A stretch of DNA of 39,612 bases from positions 1 to 39,612 of IMG/VR virus record IMGVR_UViG_3300045988_064937. The stretch is one strand, 5' to 3'. The notes beneath the pieces are model-generated. The model ran no database searches. It had not been told where the DNA came from and worked only from the letters and a program-made list of their open reading frames with translations. A program made the translations under genes and the position numbers. Positions 17,710 to 27,906 of the stretch are shown here, in pieces. Numbering within the stretch: position 1 is the stretch's first letter; each line of letters begins with the position of its first letter. This DNA comes from a virus.

Positions 17710-18321
17710 TTATTCCTCCTTTCTGTTCATTCCTACTTGTTTATAGAAATTGTTTATGCTCCTTTCTTCTTCTTCTGTATATTTTACCTCTTTGTAATTT
17801 TCTTCATCTAAAGAATAATATTTTTGTGCTTCTATTATTTTTTGTCTTTCTTTCTGGTCTTTTATTTTATTTACATCTGTTGTTCTTAAATTTCTTATTC
17901 TGCTCAATACACAACAATTTCCAAATTCACTGTTTGTCAGTCCATTCAAGTCATTCCAGAAGTCCCACCAATGCAAATATTTCTTTTCGTAAGGATTATA
18001 TCCATAATCTTGTATAAAACTTGTCCTTATAAATCCTTTATCTTTTTCATAGTCAAAATCCGGCTTGTCATTTTCGTTTTTAAGGCTTTTATTTTCTTTA
18101 CCTAATAAAAGATACTTTTGACCTAGTCTAATCAATTCTGTCCAATCCTCGTACGAATTAAGCCCATCTTCTCCAAATAACAGATAAATTATTGCTAACG
18201 CTCTTTCTGTATCATCAATTTTACTATCTTTTGCTACTTTATTACACTTTAATGCCACTCTAAAATCAGAATTAATCTTATATTTCTTGTCTTTTATTTT
18301 TACATATTGTGGATTATTCAT
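17710..18321 (-). CDS. Gp15-family tail assembly protein
   Basis: ..KYKINSDFRVALKC..ERALAIIYLLFGEDGL.. ; upstream of the TMP. Confidence 0.55.
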   Translation of the reverse strand: MNNPQYVKIKDKKYKINSDFRVALKCNKVAKDSKIDDTERALAIIYLLFGEDGLNSYEDWTELIRLGQKYLLLGKENKSLKNENDKPDFDYEKDKGFIRTSFIQDYGYNPYEKKYLHWWDFWNDLNGLTNSEFGNCCVLSRIRNLRTTDVNKIKDQKERQKIIEAQKYYSLDEENYKEVKYTEEEERSINNFYKQVGMNRKEE

Positions 18322-18803
18322 TATTCCATCACATCACTATCTTCTTGAGAATATTTTGTAGCTATTGACTTGATTTTTTCTTTTATATCAAGTGCATTTT
18401 TATTTAATAGTGGTTTTAGTTTTTCCATTTCTTTGTCTAAATCCATAAAGAATGTTATATACATTTCTCTTCCACATAATATTTTCTTAATTGAGCCTTG
18501 GCCTAATACCAACTCATAAGCTTCTGTTTGTCTTTTATAGTATTCATTTACTGTTTTTAATAATGCCTCATCATTAGCACTTAATAGCTTTTTTCCTTTT
18601 TTGTCTGGTCTTTTTTCTATCATCAATCTTTGTGCCTGCAACCATCTGTTATTGTTTTTTATCATTTCTTCACTTTTTTGAGCTTTTAATGGCAACTCTA
18701 TATCTTCCAAATCAATCGTTATAATTTCTCCTGTATCTTTCCCTTCTGCGTTCTTGATACCTATTTTTAGTAAATTATCTTGTTTTAATTGAATACTTTC
18801 CAT
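18321..18803 (-). CDS. Tail assembly chaperone (by position)
   Basis: Synteny between major tail and TMP. Confidence 0.4.
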   Translation of the reverse strand: MESIQLKQDNLLKIGIKNAEGKDTGEIITIDLEDIELPLKAQKSEEMIKNNNRWLQAQRLMIEKRPDKKGKKLLSANDEALLKTVNEYYKRQTEAYELVLGQGSIKKILCGREMYITFFMDLDKEMEKLKPLLNKNALDIKEKIKSIATKYSQEDSDVME

Positions 18804-18870
18804 TTTTATTTCTCCTTTATATTATAACAGGGATTAAGCTTATTTACTCAATCCCTGTTGTTATTAATTA

Positions 18871-19353
18871 TTAATCTGCACTTTCTGCAAATGTTGGTTT
18901 TCCACTTGCCATTGTTACACTTCCAATTACTGGTTTACCTTTTACATATACATCATATGATATTGTTGCATTTTCACCCAAAAACTCGTTTATTACTACT
19001 AAAACATTATATTGTAATGCTTCATATGATAATGTTCCTTCACCTTTTCCACTAGCCATATTGATTTCAAGCATTTTTGTTTCAATGCTTTCAGCTTTCT
19101 TTCTTGCCTCGTTAAGCCATTTCCATATTTTATCGTCTTTATCAATTCTTTTTCCACTTACACTAGATTGTATTTGATAACTATCAAATGTTGAACTTGC
19201 TACATCATCAATTATTTGTTTAAATGTATCTATTTGAGGGTTGTATGCTAAAGATAAAGCTTCAACTCCAATTCCTTCAAGTTCCCAATTAACTTCTTCA
19301 GTTGCTGATGTGTCAAAATAATGTGCAAAATCTTTTCTTTTTAATTGAGCCAT
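18871..19353 (-). CDS. Major tail protein
   Basis: Size, position, strong RBS, downstream hairpin. Confidence 0.55.
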   Translation of the reverse strand: MAQLKRKDFAHYFDTSATEEVNWELEGIGVEALSLAYNPQIDTFKQIIDDVASSTFDSYQIQSSVSGKRIDKDDKIWKWLNEARKKAESIETKMLEINMASGKGEGTLSYEALQYNVLVVINEFLGENATISYDVYVKGKPVIGSVTMASGKPTFAESAD

Positions 19354-19354
19354 T

Positions 19355-19564
19355 TTATTTCTCCTCCTCTTTATTTATTTTTTTTGGTTGTTTCATTTCA
19401 CTTTCTAATTTAATCAATTCTTTTAAAGATAGAGGCTTAATGAATCCATTTTCATTCAATCTTGATATATCTTTAATTGTTCCTATTTCTTCTGGTGTTA
19501 TTTCATCATTTTCAAAATAATAAGAACCGTTTAAAGTAAAATCTTTATTTGCTATTAGTTTCAT
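19355..19564 (-). CDS. Hypothetical protein
   Basis: ORF track. Confidence 0.45.
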   Translation of the reverse strand: MKLIANKDFTLNGSYYFENDEITPEEIGTIKDISRLNENGFIKPLSLKELIKLESEMKQPKKINKEEEK

Positions 19565-19566
19565 TA

Positions 19567-20022
19567 TTAATCCTCCTTGTATGTTATTTGTATTTGTATA
19601 TCAAATTCTGCTGTATTTGTATTAGCATTATTCATACTTCCACAATTTAAGCATTGTATTGACTGTATTCCTTCTATGTCAGGCAATATGCCTTTTTCAT
19701 TATTAGAACTTATTAGCTTTTCAAATATTTCAAAGAATCCGACATTTATTAAATTTTCTATTGTATCTTGACTATATCCTACTCTACTCCTAAATGAATA
19801 TACATCTCTGCATATTTTGTCTCCTATTATCCACGCTTCAACTGTTGATGATGCAGGTATCTTATCTAAAGAGTAATTATTTGGCTCTTTGCTTAACATA
19901 TTAGCATTTATTTGATATTTTTTATTTGTTACTAATACATCTATAATTGAAAGTAAATATTTTCTTAATCTTGTTATCCTTAAATCTTCTACTTTAACTA
20001 TAGTTTTATTTATATCTGCCAT
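19567..20022 (-). CDS. Tail terminator / head-tail joining protein (by position)
   Basis: Synteny. Confidence 0.45.
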   Translation of the reverse strand: MADINKTIVKVEDLRITRLRKYLLSIIDVLVTNKKYQINANMLSKEPNNYSLDKIPASSTVEAWIIGDKICRDVYSFRSRVGYSQDTIENLINVGFFEIFEKLISSNNEKGILPDIEGIQSIQCLNCGSMNNANTNTAEFDIQIQITYKED

Positions 20023-20361
20023 TATTTTCCTCCTTTATCAATAAATGCTTGACATTCTTTTACTATATCGTTCATTTCTGCCGATACCATTCTTTTATCC
20101 CAATACGAACCTGTTCCGTGGTGTAGTATAATTCTTAACTGGACTTCCATGTACTATCCCAACATACTGTGCATGAGCATAAGGTACATTGTACTTTATA
20201 TAATCAGTTCCTTTTACTACTGTTTCTCTTAATGCTCCCGTATCTTTCGGTACATATTTATCCATATGCTGATAACATCTTTCAGTAAAATATTTTTGCA
20301 CTCTTCCATTTGGTTCTATTCCTAAATCTGCTTTTATTTCACTAATCGGTTTTAATCCCAT
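20022..20361 (-). CDS. HK97 gp10-like / minor capsid head-tail protein, 112 aa; +1 at CGG 20118
   Basis: The +1 frame gives ..NYTTP-G-TGSYWDKRMVSAEMNDIVKECQAFIDKGGK with a TAATG overlap to the next gene. Start MGLKP follows GGAGGT. Confidence 0.7.
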
Positions 20362-20362
20362 T

Positions 20363-20722
20363 CTACTTACCTCCAAGGTGTATATGTTGATTATTACCAA
20401 ATGTATTGTTATTTATTGCAATTATATTGTAAAACTCTACTCCATTCAATTCAGATTGGCTTGTAATCGTTTTTTCTATATTACCCTTACAAACTATATC
20501 TCCAATATTGAAATTGGATATATTCAAATTCTCGTTCATTTCATAAGGTATTCTTATTTGAACATCGTTTGCATTTTCATAACCTTTTTGAGTGTTAGCA
20601 CCTTTTCCACCAAACCACCATACTTTTTCGTAGTAATGTCTAATCCATTTTTCTAACCTTGTTTTTTCGTCAAATCCTTTATGATATAATGTCATATCAC
20701 TATTTGTTAGCATGTTTCCCAC
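20363..20722 (-). CDS. Head-tail adaptor / head closure protein (by position)
   Basis: Synteny. Confidence 0.45.
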   Translation of the reverse strand: MGNMLTNSDMTLYHKGFDEKTRLEKWIRHYYEKVWWFGGKGANTQKGYENANDVQIRIPYEMNENLNISNFNIGDIVCKGNIEKTITSQSELNGVEFYNIIAINNNTFGNNQHIHLGGK

Positions 20723-21129
20723 TCTCCTTTATAAGTGCTTCTATTTGCACCTAAATAAAGTATAGCTTCTCCATTTACTCTAACACCGTATAAATCTGTA
20801 AGCATTACGTCTTCAAACTGTGCTTTTTGTTCCGCTGTTAATTCTGTTCCACTTTTATATGTTACTGAATAGCCATCTGTGCTTTCACTAGATACATTTG
20901 AACTTGTCGAATTATTTGACAAGTTATATTTATTCATTGTATTTATTAAATCATACACACAAATTTTAACTTCTTGTGGTATTTTTTCAACATCTTTTAA
21001 TCTGTTTTGCGTTCTTTCATTTATTATTTGTCGTGCTTTTAATTCTAATATATTAAAAGGCATTTCGCCTAGAGTTCCACCTAGACTTTTATATTCTTCA
21101 TAGGTTAAATATTGATTGTTAAACTCCAT
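20707..21129 (-). CDS. Head-tail connector (gp6-like)
   Basis: Immediately downstream of the capsid gene. Confidence 0.5.
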   Translation of the reverse strand: MEFNNQYLTYEEYKSLGGTLGEMPFNILELKARQIINERTQNRLKDVEKIPQEVKICVYDLINTMNKYNLSNNSTSSNVSSESTDGYSVTYKSGTELTAEQKAQFEDVMLTDLYGVRVNGEAILYLGANRSTYKGEWETC

Positions 21130-21153
21130 TTAAAATGCCTCCTTTTCTATTTA

Positions 21154-22080
21154 TTATAAACTTGCTACTGCTTTTGGTTTTAAGTTTGCAAATGGGAAAC
21201 GTTTTTCTGTCTCGTTTAAAGCATTTACTGGGTTTGGTATTTCCCAACCTAGTCTCATTACAACTCTTAATGCAACCATATCGTCTTGTGCTAAATTGTA
21301 TAGTATATCTCCTGATGATGGGTCTTGTATAACTGCTTCTGTTAATACTTTATATGTTACATCTTGTCTTATTGCATATACTGCTTGTGAGAAATCTCCT
21401 GCTACTAATACAGATTTTGTTTTATCCCATGCTCCGTTGTCTAAAAATGCTTTTGGTAAGCTGTCAATTTCTGTTCCTTTAATTGGTTGTCCTGTTTTAT
21501 CAGTTAACATTCTAAATTTTCCTTTTAGTCCAACTCCACCTAGTAATCCTGTTACATTATATCCTGATTCTTCAACTTTTGTCATAACATCGTTGATGTC
21601 TGAATATAAGTTATCTCCTTCAGTCACTTCTGCTCCTGCTGTTACTATTGATGGTATTAAACCTGCTCTCCAGTCTGCTGGTTTATCTGTTCCATTAAAT
21701 ATTGCATTGTCTATTTTCTTTCCAAATGCTTCTACTATTCTTGGTTTTACTTCTGCCCAAATATCTATTGATGTATCATTTAATACATTCTCCTTAATTG
21801 GTACTATAACTGCTAACTCTGCTGCATTGATATATTTTTTATCCCATGCCATTTTTGTTATATTCTTTCTGCCATTGTTTGTAGATTCATCTACAAAGTA
21901 TGCGATAGGTAAGCTATCCAATACTCTTAATTTTGTTTTATCTGAAGTCATATTTGGTAGTCTTCTAAACATTGATAATGCTTTTGACTCTCTTACTACT
22001 CCTTCGAATATTTCATTTGCAACTTGTGTTTCAATTAATGCTTCTACATTTGTTTTATCAATTCCTCTTGATACTGCCAT
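21154..22080 (-). CDS. Major capsid protein (HK97 fold)
   Basis: 308 aa downstream of the scaffold; typical N-terminus ..ETQVANEIFEGVVRESKALSMFRRLPNMTS.. Confidence 0.8.
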   Translation of the reverse strand: MAVSRGIDKTNVEALIETQVANEIFEGVVRESKALSMFRRLPNMTSDKTKLRVLDSLPIAYFVDESTNNGRKNITKMAWDKKYINAAELAVIVPIKENVLNDTSIDIWAEVKPRIVEAFGKKIDNAIFNGTDKPADWRAGLIPSIVTAGAEVTEGDNLYSDINDVMTKVEESGYNVTGLLGGVGLKGKFRMLTDKTGQPIKGTEIDSLPKAFLDNGAWDKTKSVLVAGDFSQAVYAIRQDVTYKVLTEAVIQDPSSGDILYNLAQDDMVALRVVMRLGWEIPNPVNALNETEKRFPFANLKPKAVASL

Positions 22081-22103
22081 TGATAAATTCCTCCTTTATT
22101 TTA

Positions 22104-22637
22104 TTATTCTTGATTTGCACCACGCAAGATATTGTTCATAATATCATTTGTAGTTTGTGGTTTATCTCCACCAGCGTTTAGGCTTGGCGATGTTTGTGTT
22201 TTCTTTATTACTGTATCCCCAAAGTACTGTGGATTGTCTTTTTTGTAAGACTTTAATGCTGTTACTAAATCAACTTCATCACTAACCATTGCTAATACTT
22301 CACTTGTAACAAATTTAACAAATTCTTTTTTAACATTACTATTCATTATTTGAATTTGTGCTTTTAATTTTGTGTTTTCATCTGTTAAAGCACCATTATT
22401 AGCTTTTAGTTGATTCATTAATTCTTCATTTTTTTCTTGCTCTGTTTTTTGATTTTGCTTCCATTCATTATATGCTTGTAACTCTTCCTTGCTAGGCATG
22501 TCTTTTTTTGCTTTCGCAAGTCTTGTTTCTATTATTGCATTTAACTCTTCTTGAGTGAATGTTTTTTGCTCTTTTCCTCCATTTTCTTGTGTTACTGTAT
22601 TTGGAGTTACTACGTTGTTTTCTTTGTTTTCTTCCAT
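22104..22637 (-). CDS. Scaffolding protein (DUF4355-like)
   Basis: ..FTQEELNAIIETRLAKAKKD.. ; helical; upstream of the capsid gene. Confidence 0.65.
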   Translation of the reverse strand: MEENKENNVVTPNTVTQENGGKEQKTFTQEELNAIIETRLAKAKKDMPSKEELQAYNEWKQNQKTEQEKNEELMNQLKANNGALTDENTKLKAQIQIMNSNVKKEFVKFVTSEVLAMVSDEVDLVTALKSYKKDNPQYFGDTVIKKTQTSPSLNAGGDKPQTTNDIMNNILRGANQE

Positions 22638-22729
22638 TTTTAATCCTTTCTTTAAAGTCATAAAGTTAGACTTCTTCCTTACATTTCAAGTCTGCAAGTT
22701 CGACAATTTATTTATAAAAATTTAATAAC

Positions 22730-22764
22730 AAAATAAAAGTGCCAAAGCTATTTACTTTGACACT
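22730..22764 (-). terminator. Intrinsic terminator overlapping the Com-like stop codon
   Basis: AGUGUCAAAG-7 nt-CUUUGGCACU followed by UUUAUUUU. Confidence 0.6.
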
Positions 22765-22882
22765 CTGGGTGTTCTTCTATTTTATTTATTTTTTTACATC
22801 TATTACATAATATTTCTATTATTCCAAAGTATTTTCCTTTGAATAATAATTTATTGCAATTTTTACAACGATATTCCTTCAT
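22748..22882 (-). CDS. com: 44-aa Com-like zinc-ribbon protein, not in the track
   Basis: MKEYRCKNCNKLLFKGKYFGIIEILCNRCKK.. As I recall the Mu Com N-terminus (from memory, unverified), it shares the RCKNCNKLLFK string. GTGAGGT RBS. Confidence 0.6.
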   Translation of the reverse strand: MKEYRCKNCNKLLFKGKYFGIIEILCNRCKKINKIEEHPECQSK

Positions 22883-22914
22883 TCGTTACCTCACTTATAA
22901 TTATAACATAATAT

Positions 22915-24133
22915 TTACATCTTTGCAACATTAATACGTCTATATCCGAACGACACTTGCTCTAGTCTTTAATTGATTAGGTAGTCCACTTACATTACAT
23001 AATTGTTTATATTTAGTTGTTAATTGTGTTATTTTTGTTTGTGCTTGTAATGTCAATTCTTTATCGCCACTTGCTTTAGCTAATATCTGAATATCTTTAT
23101 TCTTCCTTATATTTCTTTCAATTAATCTTTGCAATTGGCTTCCTTCATACATTGAATAGTGGTTTCCATCAAATTTAAAGCCTTCATTATTTGTTTTTTC
23201 TATTTCTTGCAACTGTTTATCTGTATAAAGTTGTTTACTTACCCCTAAAACAATTCTGAACGGTCTATGATAACAATTCCACTCACTTATATGTCTTTCT
23301 ATTGCATTATATTGTCTTCCTTGTACATCTTTAAACGGCAAACTATTCTGCATTTTTTCAAATTCTTCATTGCTAAATTGATGTCCTTGAATAGGTGCAT
23401 GGTCTGGTGCAGGTTTAGTATGTACAGATATTTCCACTCCATTCGCTCCAAACTCTTCTCCAAATTGTTCTTGCAACTGATTATTTAGATTTCTTAATCC
23501 GTCTAATGTATTTTGTCTTATTGCACTATCTAATCGCATTGTTCTTCCACTTTCATAATCTATTGCTTTTAGTCCACTTACACCAATTTCTTTTATAGCC
23601 TTTCTCATTTCTTGTTGATAAGTAGTCTTGCCTTGATTTATATTCAATATTGCTTTATCTATTATGTCTTTATATGCACTTGATATATCTTTAAATACTA
23701 AATTGCCTTTTAAGTCTTTAACAGTATATCCTATTGCACTTGTCCTTGATATATTAGTATATTCTTTAGCTGTTATCTTTGCTATTGCTTTTATTTGCTC
23801 TTTTAAAACTTTATTTTGTGAATAAGGTATATAACTTATCCCTCTTGCTTTATAAAACTGTCTAGCAAAATTCTGATTAGTTTTAGCACTATATTCAAAC
23901 ATGCTATATATATCATTTACATTCATATTTGTTATTTCTGCCAATTTCTGTATGATTTTATTTATATCTTCATTATACATTAACATTTGCTGTATTTGAT
24001 GTATTTGTGTTGGTGTCATATTACCTATTTCTTTTATTCTTGTACCGATTATTGTTAATATGTCTTCGTTTAATGCTTCTATTCTATCAATTAGCATTTG
24101 TACTAATTTTTCTTCTTGTTCTTGAGTTAACAT
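22915..24133 (-). CDS. MuF/SPP1 gp7-like head morphogenesis protein; in-phase CGG at 22948 (+1 gives ..VVGYRRINVAKM, zero frame gives ..VVRI)
   Basis: ..VEISVHTKPAPDHAPIQGHQF.. The C-terminal choice is not verifiable from the sequence alone. Confidence 0.65.
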
Positions 24134-24143
24134 AGTTTACCTC

Positions 24144-26387
24144 CTATTTAGGTTTTTCTATGTTCGCAATCAATTTTGATTGTAAATTGTTAAACATTGT
24201 TTCTATATCTTTTTTATAACTTACATCTACATTAGATAAATCATTACTTAAGCTTATATTTGTTACATTTTTATATGTGTGTAACTTTTGTTCTCGAATT
24301 GCTTTTTGTTCTGTTGTTAGTTCTAAATCAAGTGGTGTTGCTAGTTTGTAATAAACTATTACGGGTGTTCCTGCATCATATAATGATTTTAAATATGTTT
24401 TGAGTAATACTACCTTCTCATTGCTAGTTTGTGAATTATCATATCCTTGTAATCTATTTTTATTTATTCTTAATCTTATACTTGCATCTACTGCAATACT
24501 TTCCTTTAATGTCTTGCTTGTGCTATTTGCATTTCCCCAAATTGCACTTGCTGTATATAAGTTCTTAAACATATTACTTATTATATTATTTGAATTTCCT
24601 TGTGCTTTTTCTGATATACCAATTGTGAAATATGCTGTATCAAGATTATTTGCAATTTCAGTTGACGGTGCATTATAATAAATTATAGTTTCCTCTCCTG
24701 TCAAAATTATTTTTTTCCACTCATGATGTTCCACATCATCTATATAATCTCCTTCAAGCATTTCTTGTTGTATTGGCATTGTTACTGATTGAGATTGATG
24801 TTTAGTAAAATCATTCTGACTCTTGCTAATCCATATCTTTATTTTTGCATTTGAAAATACTGCGCTTCCATTAATCCCAATGCCAGATATTTCGCTATCT
24901 TCTGTCACAGAACTTTCGACAAACGTATTTTTATTAATCCAACCTTTTTTTAAAATTGGGTTCATAAATATATTAGCACCACTAACAGTTCCACTAATTA
25001 ACTCCCACCTTAAATAATATTTTGTATTTGCTTTTACTATAAATTTTCTAAAACTTAAAGAAAATCCACCATTTCCGTTTATAGTAATTGTTCCGTCTTC
25101 GTTTACTTTTACTTTACCATTTTGTGTAACATTAAAATCTGATAAGTTGTTATTTACTACATCTATTTTTACACTACCACTTACTGTTTCAATCTCGCTT
25201 GGATAGTCTGGCGAAGGTGATACTTCATATTTTTCATATTTAAAATTATCTAATTCAACAGATGTATCCTCTATTACTGATAGTCTAAATGTTATAATAA
25301 CCGATGTTCCAGCAGGCATATATAAATATGTTCTCAACCCATTTTTAGTATTACTTAAATCAGCTTTTGTTGTAATAATTAATTTGATTTTTTTGGTATT
25401 ATTCTCTTTAATTGATGAAATTTTTAGATTTTGGTTAATGTTAAACTGTCCTTCATTATTACCATTATTAACAAGACTTAAGCTCACCGAGTCATCACCT
25501 GTGCATTTTTTAAATTCTGCGATGAGCGAATATTGTGTGTTTGGTTTTAAATTTAAATTTTTAGTAAAATAATTTACATATTTAACGCTTGTTCCACTAG
25601 AGTTATCAGCAGTTATTGTTATCCAATCGTCGTCATCTATAGATATTTCTGGAGGTATTGGTCTATCCCCCACATTTTTAATATCATATAAATTTCTACC
25701 ACTTCTAGTATCTTGACTATGTCCACCATTTATCCTCATTCGCTCAATCGGCATATTGCTACTATCTGTTAAATATATTTCATTTCCACTTGCTGTTCCG
25801 TTTGGTATTTGGTTTTTAAGTTGTTCATTCTCTGCTTGTAATTCCTTAATATTATTATCTTGTTTTATGTTCACTTTTTTTATATCTGCAATATCTGTTT
25901 CATTAGTTTGGATTTTTGTATCTTGCTCATTATTTTTCTTGTCTATGTCTTCAATATTTTTATTGATTGTTGTAATATCTTTTGTTATATTTGATACTTT
26001 TATTATTAAATCTTCTATAATTGGATATTTTGGGTCGTCTGGCTGTATTTCATCTTCACATATTACTGCGTCTTTAAATATAATATGTAACATTGATGTT
26101 TTATATATAATTATATCTTCATCTTCTGCTTTAAAAAATTGTATTGTTGCGTCTAATTCTCCATACTGCGTTTCTGTTCTTGTAAATGTAAATATATTAC
26201 TTGTAATATTATCAAACACTTTAGAGAATACTTTGCCATCTTTAGTTTTAAAACATATCTTTTTTCCATATTCTTTTAAATATTCGGGGATTTCAAACTC
26301 AATGCTTTCGGCTTTGTTTTCTTGTTTATAGCCTATCACGATGGAAGCTTGACTTAATCTTCTTGTTTTATCGTCAATATTAATCAT
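24144..26387 (-). CDS. 747-aa fibre-like protein: BppU/DUF2479-like N-terminus, coiled coil, beta-rich C-terminus
   Basis: N-terminus ..IGYKQENKAESIEFEIPEY..DATIQFF.. Heptad region about residues 130-195. Confidence 0.55.
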   Translation of the reverse strand: MINIDDKTRRLSQASIVIGYKQENKAESIEFEIPEYLKEYGKKICFKTKDGKVFSKVFDNITSNIFTFTRTETQYGELDATIQFFKAEDEDIIIYKTSMLHIIFKDAVICEDEIQPDDPKYPIIEDLIIKVSNITKDITTINKNIEDIDKKNNEQDTKIQTNETDIADIKKVNIKQDNNIKELQAENEQLKNQIPNGTASGNEIYLTDSSNMPIERMRINGGHSQDTRSGRNLYDIKNVGDRPIPPEISIDDDDWITITADNSSGTSVKYVNYFTKNLNLKPNTQYSLIAEFKKCTGDDSVSLSLVNNGNNEGQFNINQNLKISSIKENNTKKIKLIITTKADLSNTKNGLRTYLYMPAGTSVIITFRLSVIEDTSVELDNFKYEKYEVSPSPDYPSEIETVSGSVKIDVVNNNLSDFNVTQNGKVKVNEDGTITINGNGGFSLSFRKFIVKANTKYYLRWELISGTVSGANIFMNPILKKGWINKNTFVESSVTEDSEISGIGINGSAVFSNAKIKIWISKSQNDFTKHQSQSVTMPIQQEMLEGDYIDDVEHHEWKKIILTGEETIIYYNAPSTEIANNLDTAYFTIGISEKAQGNSNNIISNMFKNLYTASAIWGNANSTSKTLKESIAVDASIRLRINKNRLQGYDNSQTSNEKVVLLKTYLKSLYDAGTPVIVYYKLATPLDLELTTEQKAIREQKLHTYKNVTNISLSNDLSNVDVSYKKDIETMFNNLQSKLIANIEKPK

Positions 26388-27894
26388 TTACTTTCTCCCC
26401 TTTCTTATCTTTGCCTTTTTCTTTATCTTTTTCTTCTTTTTGTTTTTCGTCTTTTTCCTCTTCTTCCGTATCATTATTATTTAATAATTTATTGATACTA
26501 GGTGTTGCTTTTTCAATTTCTTCTATTGCTTTTTTCGCTGCCTCTTTTGTTTCTCCAAATATTCTTTCTCTATATTCTGCTTTAGATATTATGTCTTGAC
26601 TTACTTCTCTACTTGCTCTTACACTTTCCGCTTCTTTATCTTCTATGATACTATCATCGAACTGTATTGCCATATCTGTTGTATCAATATTATATGTTCC
26701 AAACTTTGTTGCTGCATAACATACTGATTTTATTAAGTTTAATATATCATTATAATATCCTATTTCTAGTTTCTTCTTTCTTCTAAATAGTTTACTATTG
26801 CTACTTACTACTGCAGTTGCGGTTGATAAATTAGTTCCGTCAAAATGATAATGATTTTCTCCAAACCCTACTTTGTTACCTAATATGTTTAAATTTGTAT
26901 TTAATGTTTCTATTTGTTGTGCCGTTCTTAATACATCACTATCACTTTGTATTAAGTCATCTTTTGTTGCACCAGTTGGTAGCTGATATACTGTTGTGTC
27001 CTCTGGGTCAAATACCATTTTTTGTGTTCCATCATCATAATTAAACATATCACTTCTTACAAATGTTCTTTTTCTTCCGTCTTTTATTTCATTCTTTAAT
27101 GCGTCAAATGAAATGTCAACTGCCTTCATGTTGTCAATTGCATTAGCATAATGTGGAATGCCAAACGGACTATTGTTAAATAAGTTATTTGTTAGTAACG
27201 GTTTAAATACACTAAACCATTTTACATTAGAATGTGTTGGAAATTCTTTCATTGTTCCTTGCTCTTCTGTTATTTCACTTAAATTACCGTTAGTGTCTTT
27301 GAATAAATGATTATATATAACATATTCATTCTGTTCATTTAATTTATGTACAGAACATATAACATACTTTACACCATTTACATATTCAACTGAACCAAAT
27401 GCACACTCTGTTATTTCTTTATTATTCCAGCTCAATGGATATATCCAGTCAACATCTACTGTATCAACTCTTACTTTTGCTTGTGATACATCTAAATACA
27501 TACCATCTTCATTTTGCAATATATCATATACGCTTGTTACTGTTGCTGTTGTTCCTAATGCTCCTGACTTTTCTATTGCTCTGTTAATAATTGCATATAA
27601 GTCTAATTCATCCATTAACTTGTTAAATTCTTTTTGACTGTTTTCATCTTTTAGTGATATTTCACACTTTTCGCTCCATAATATATCTGACCAATCCTCT
27701 GATATTTCTTTTGCCATATTCATTGTGTATCTGTGTTGTTTTACTTTCTTGTTTCCGTTATATATAAAATAGTTGTGGAAACTTCTTACGTTTCCTTTAT
27801 ACCATGATTTCCATTGTTTTATATATCCTTTAATTGCATCTTTTATTTCTGGGTTATAATTATATTTTTGTTGTAGAAATTCTTCTAATTTCAT
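26380..27894 (-). CDS. Portal protein (SPP1 gp6-like)
   Basis: 504 aa directly after TerL; acidic/Lys-rich C-terminus. Confidence 0.8.
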   Translation of the reverse strand: MKLEEFLQQKYNYNPEIKDAIKGYIKQWKSWYKGNVRSFHNYFIYNGNKKVKQHRYTMNMAKEISEDWSDILWSEKCEISLKDENSQKEFNKLMDELDLYAIINRAIEKSGALGTTATVTSVYDILQNEDGMYLDVSQAKVRVDTVDVDWIYPLSWNNKEITECAFGSVEYVNGVKYVICSVHKLNEQNEYVIYNHLFKDTNGNLSEITEEQGTMKEFPTHSNVKWFSVFKPLLTNNLFNNSPFGIPHYANAIDNMKAVDISFDALKNEIKDGRKRTFVRSDMFNYDDGTQKMVFDPEDTTVYQLPTGATKDDLIQSDSDVLRTAQQIETLNTNLNILGNKVGFGENHYHFDGTNLSTATAVVSSNSKLFRRKKKLEIGYYNDILNLIKSVCYAATKFGTYNIDTTDMAIQFDDSIIEDKEAESVRASREVSQDIISKAEYRERIFGETKEAAKKAIEEIEKATPSINKLLNNNDTEEEEKDEKQKEEKDKEKGKDKKGEKVND

Positions 27895-27906
27895 TTCTAA
27901 CCTCCT

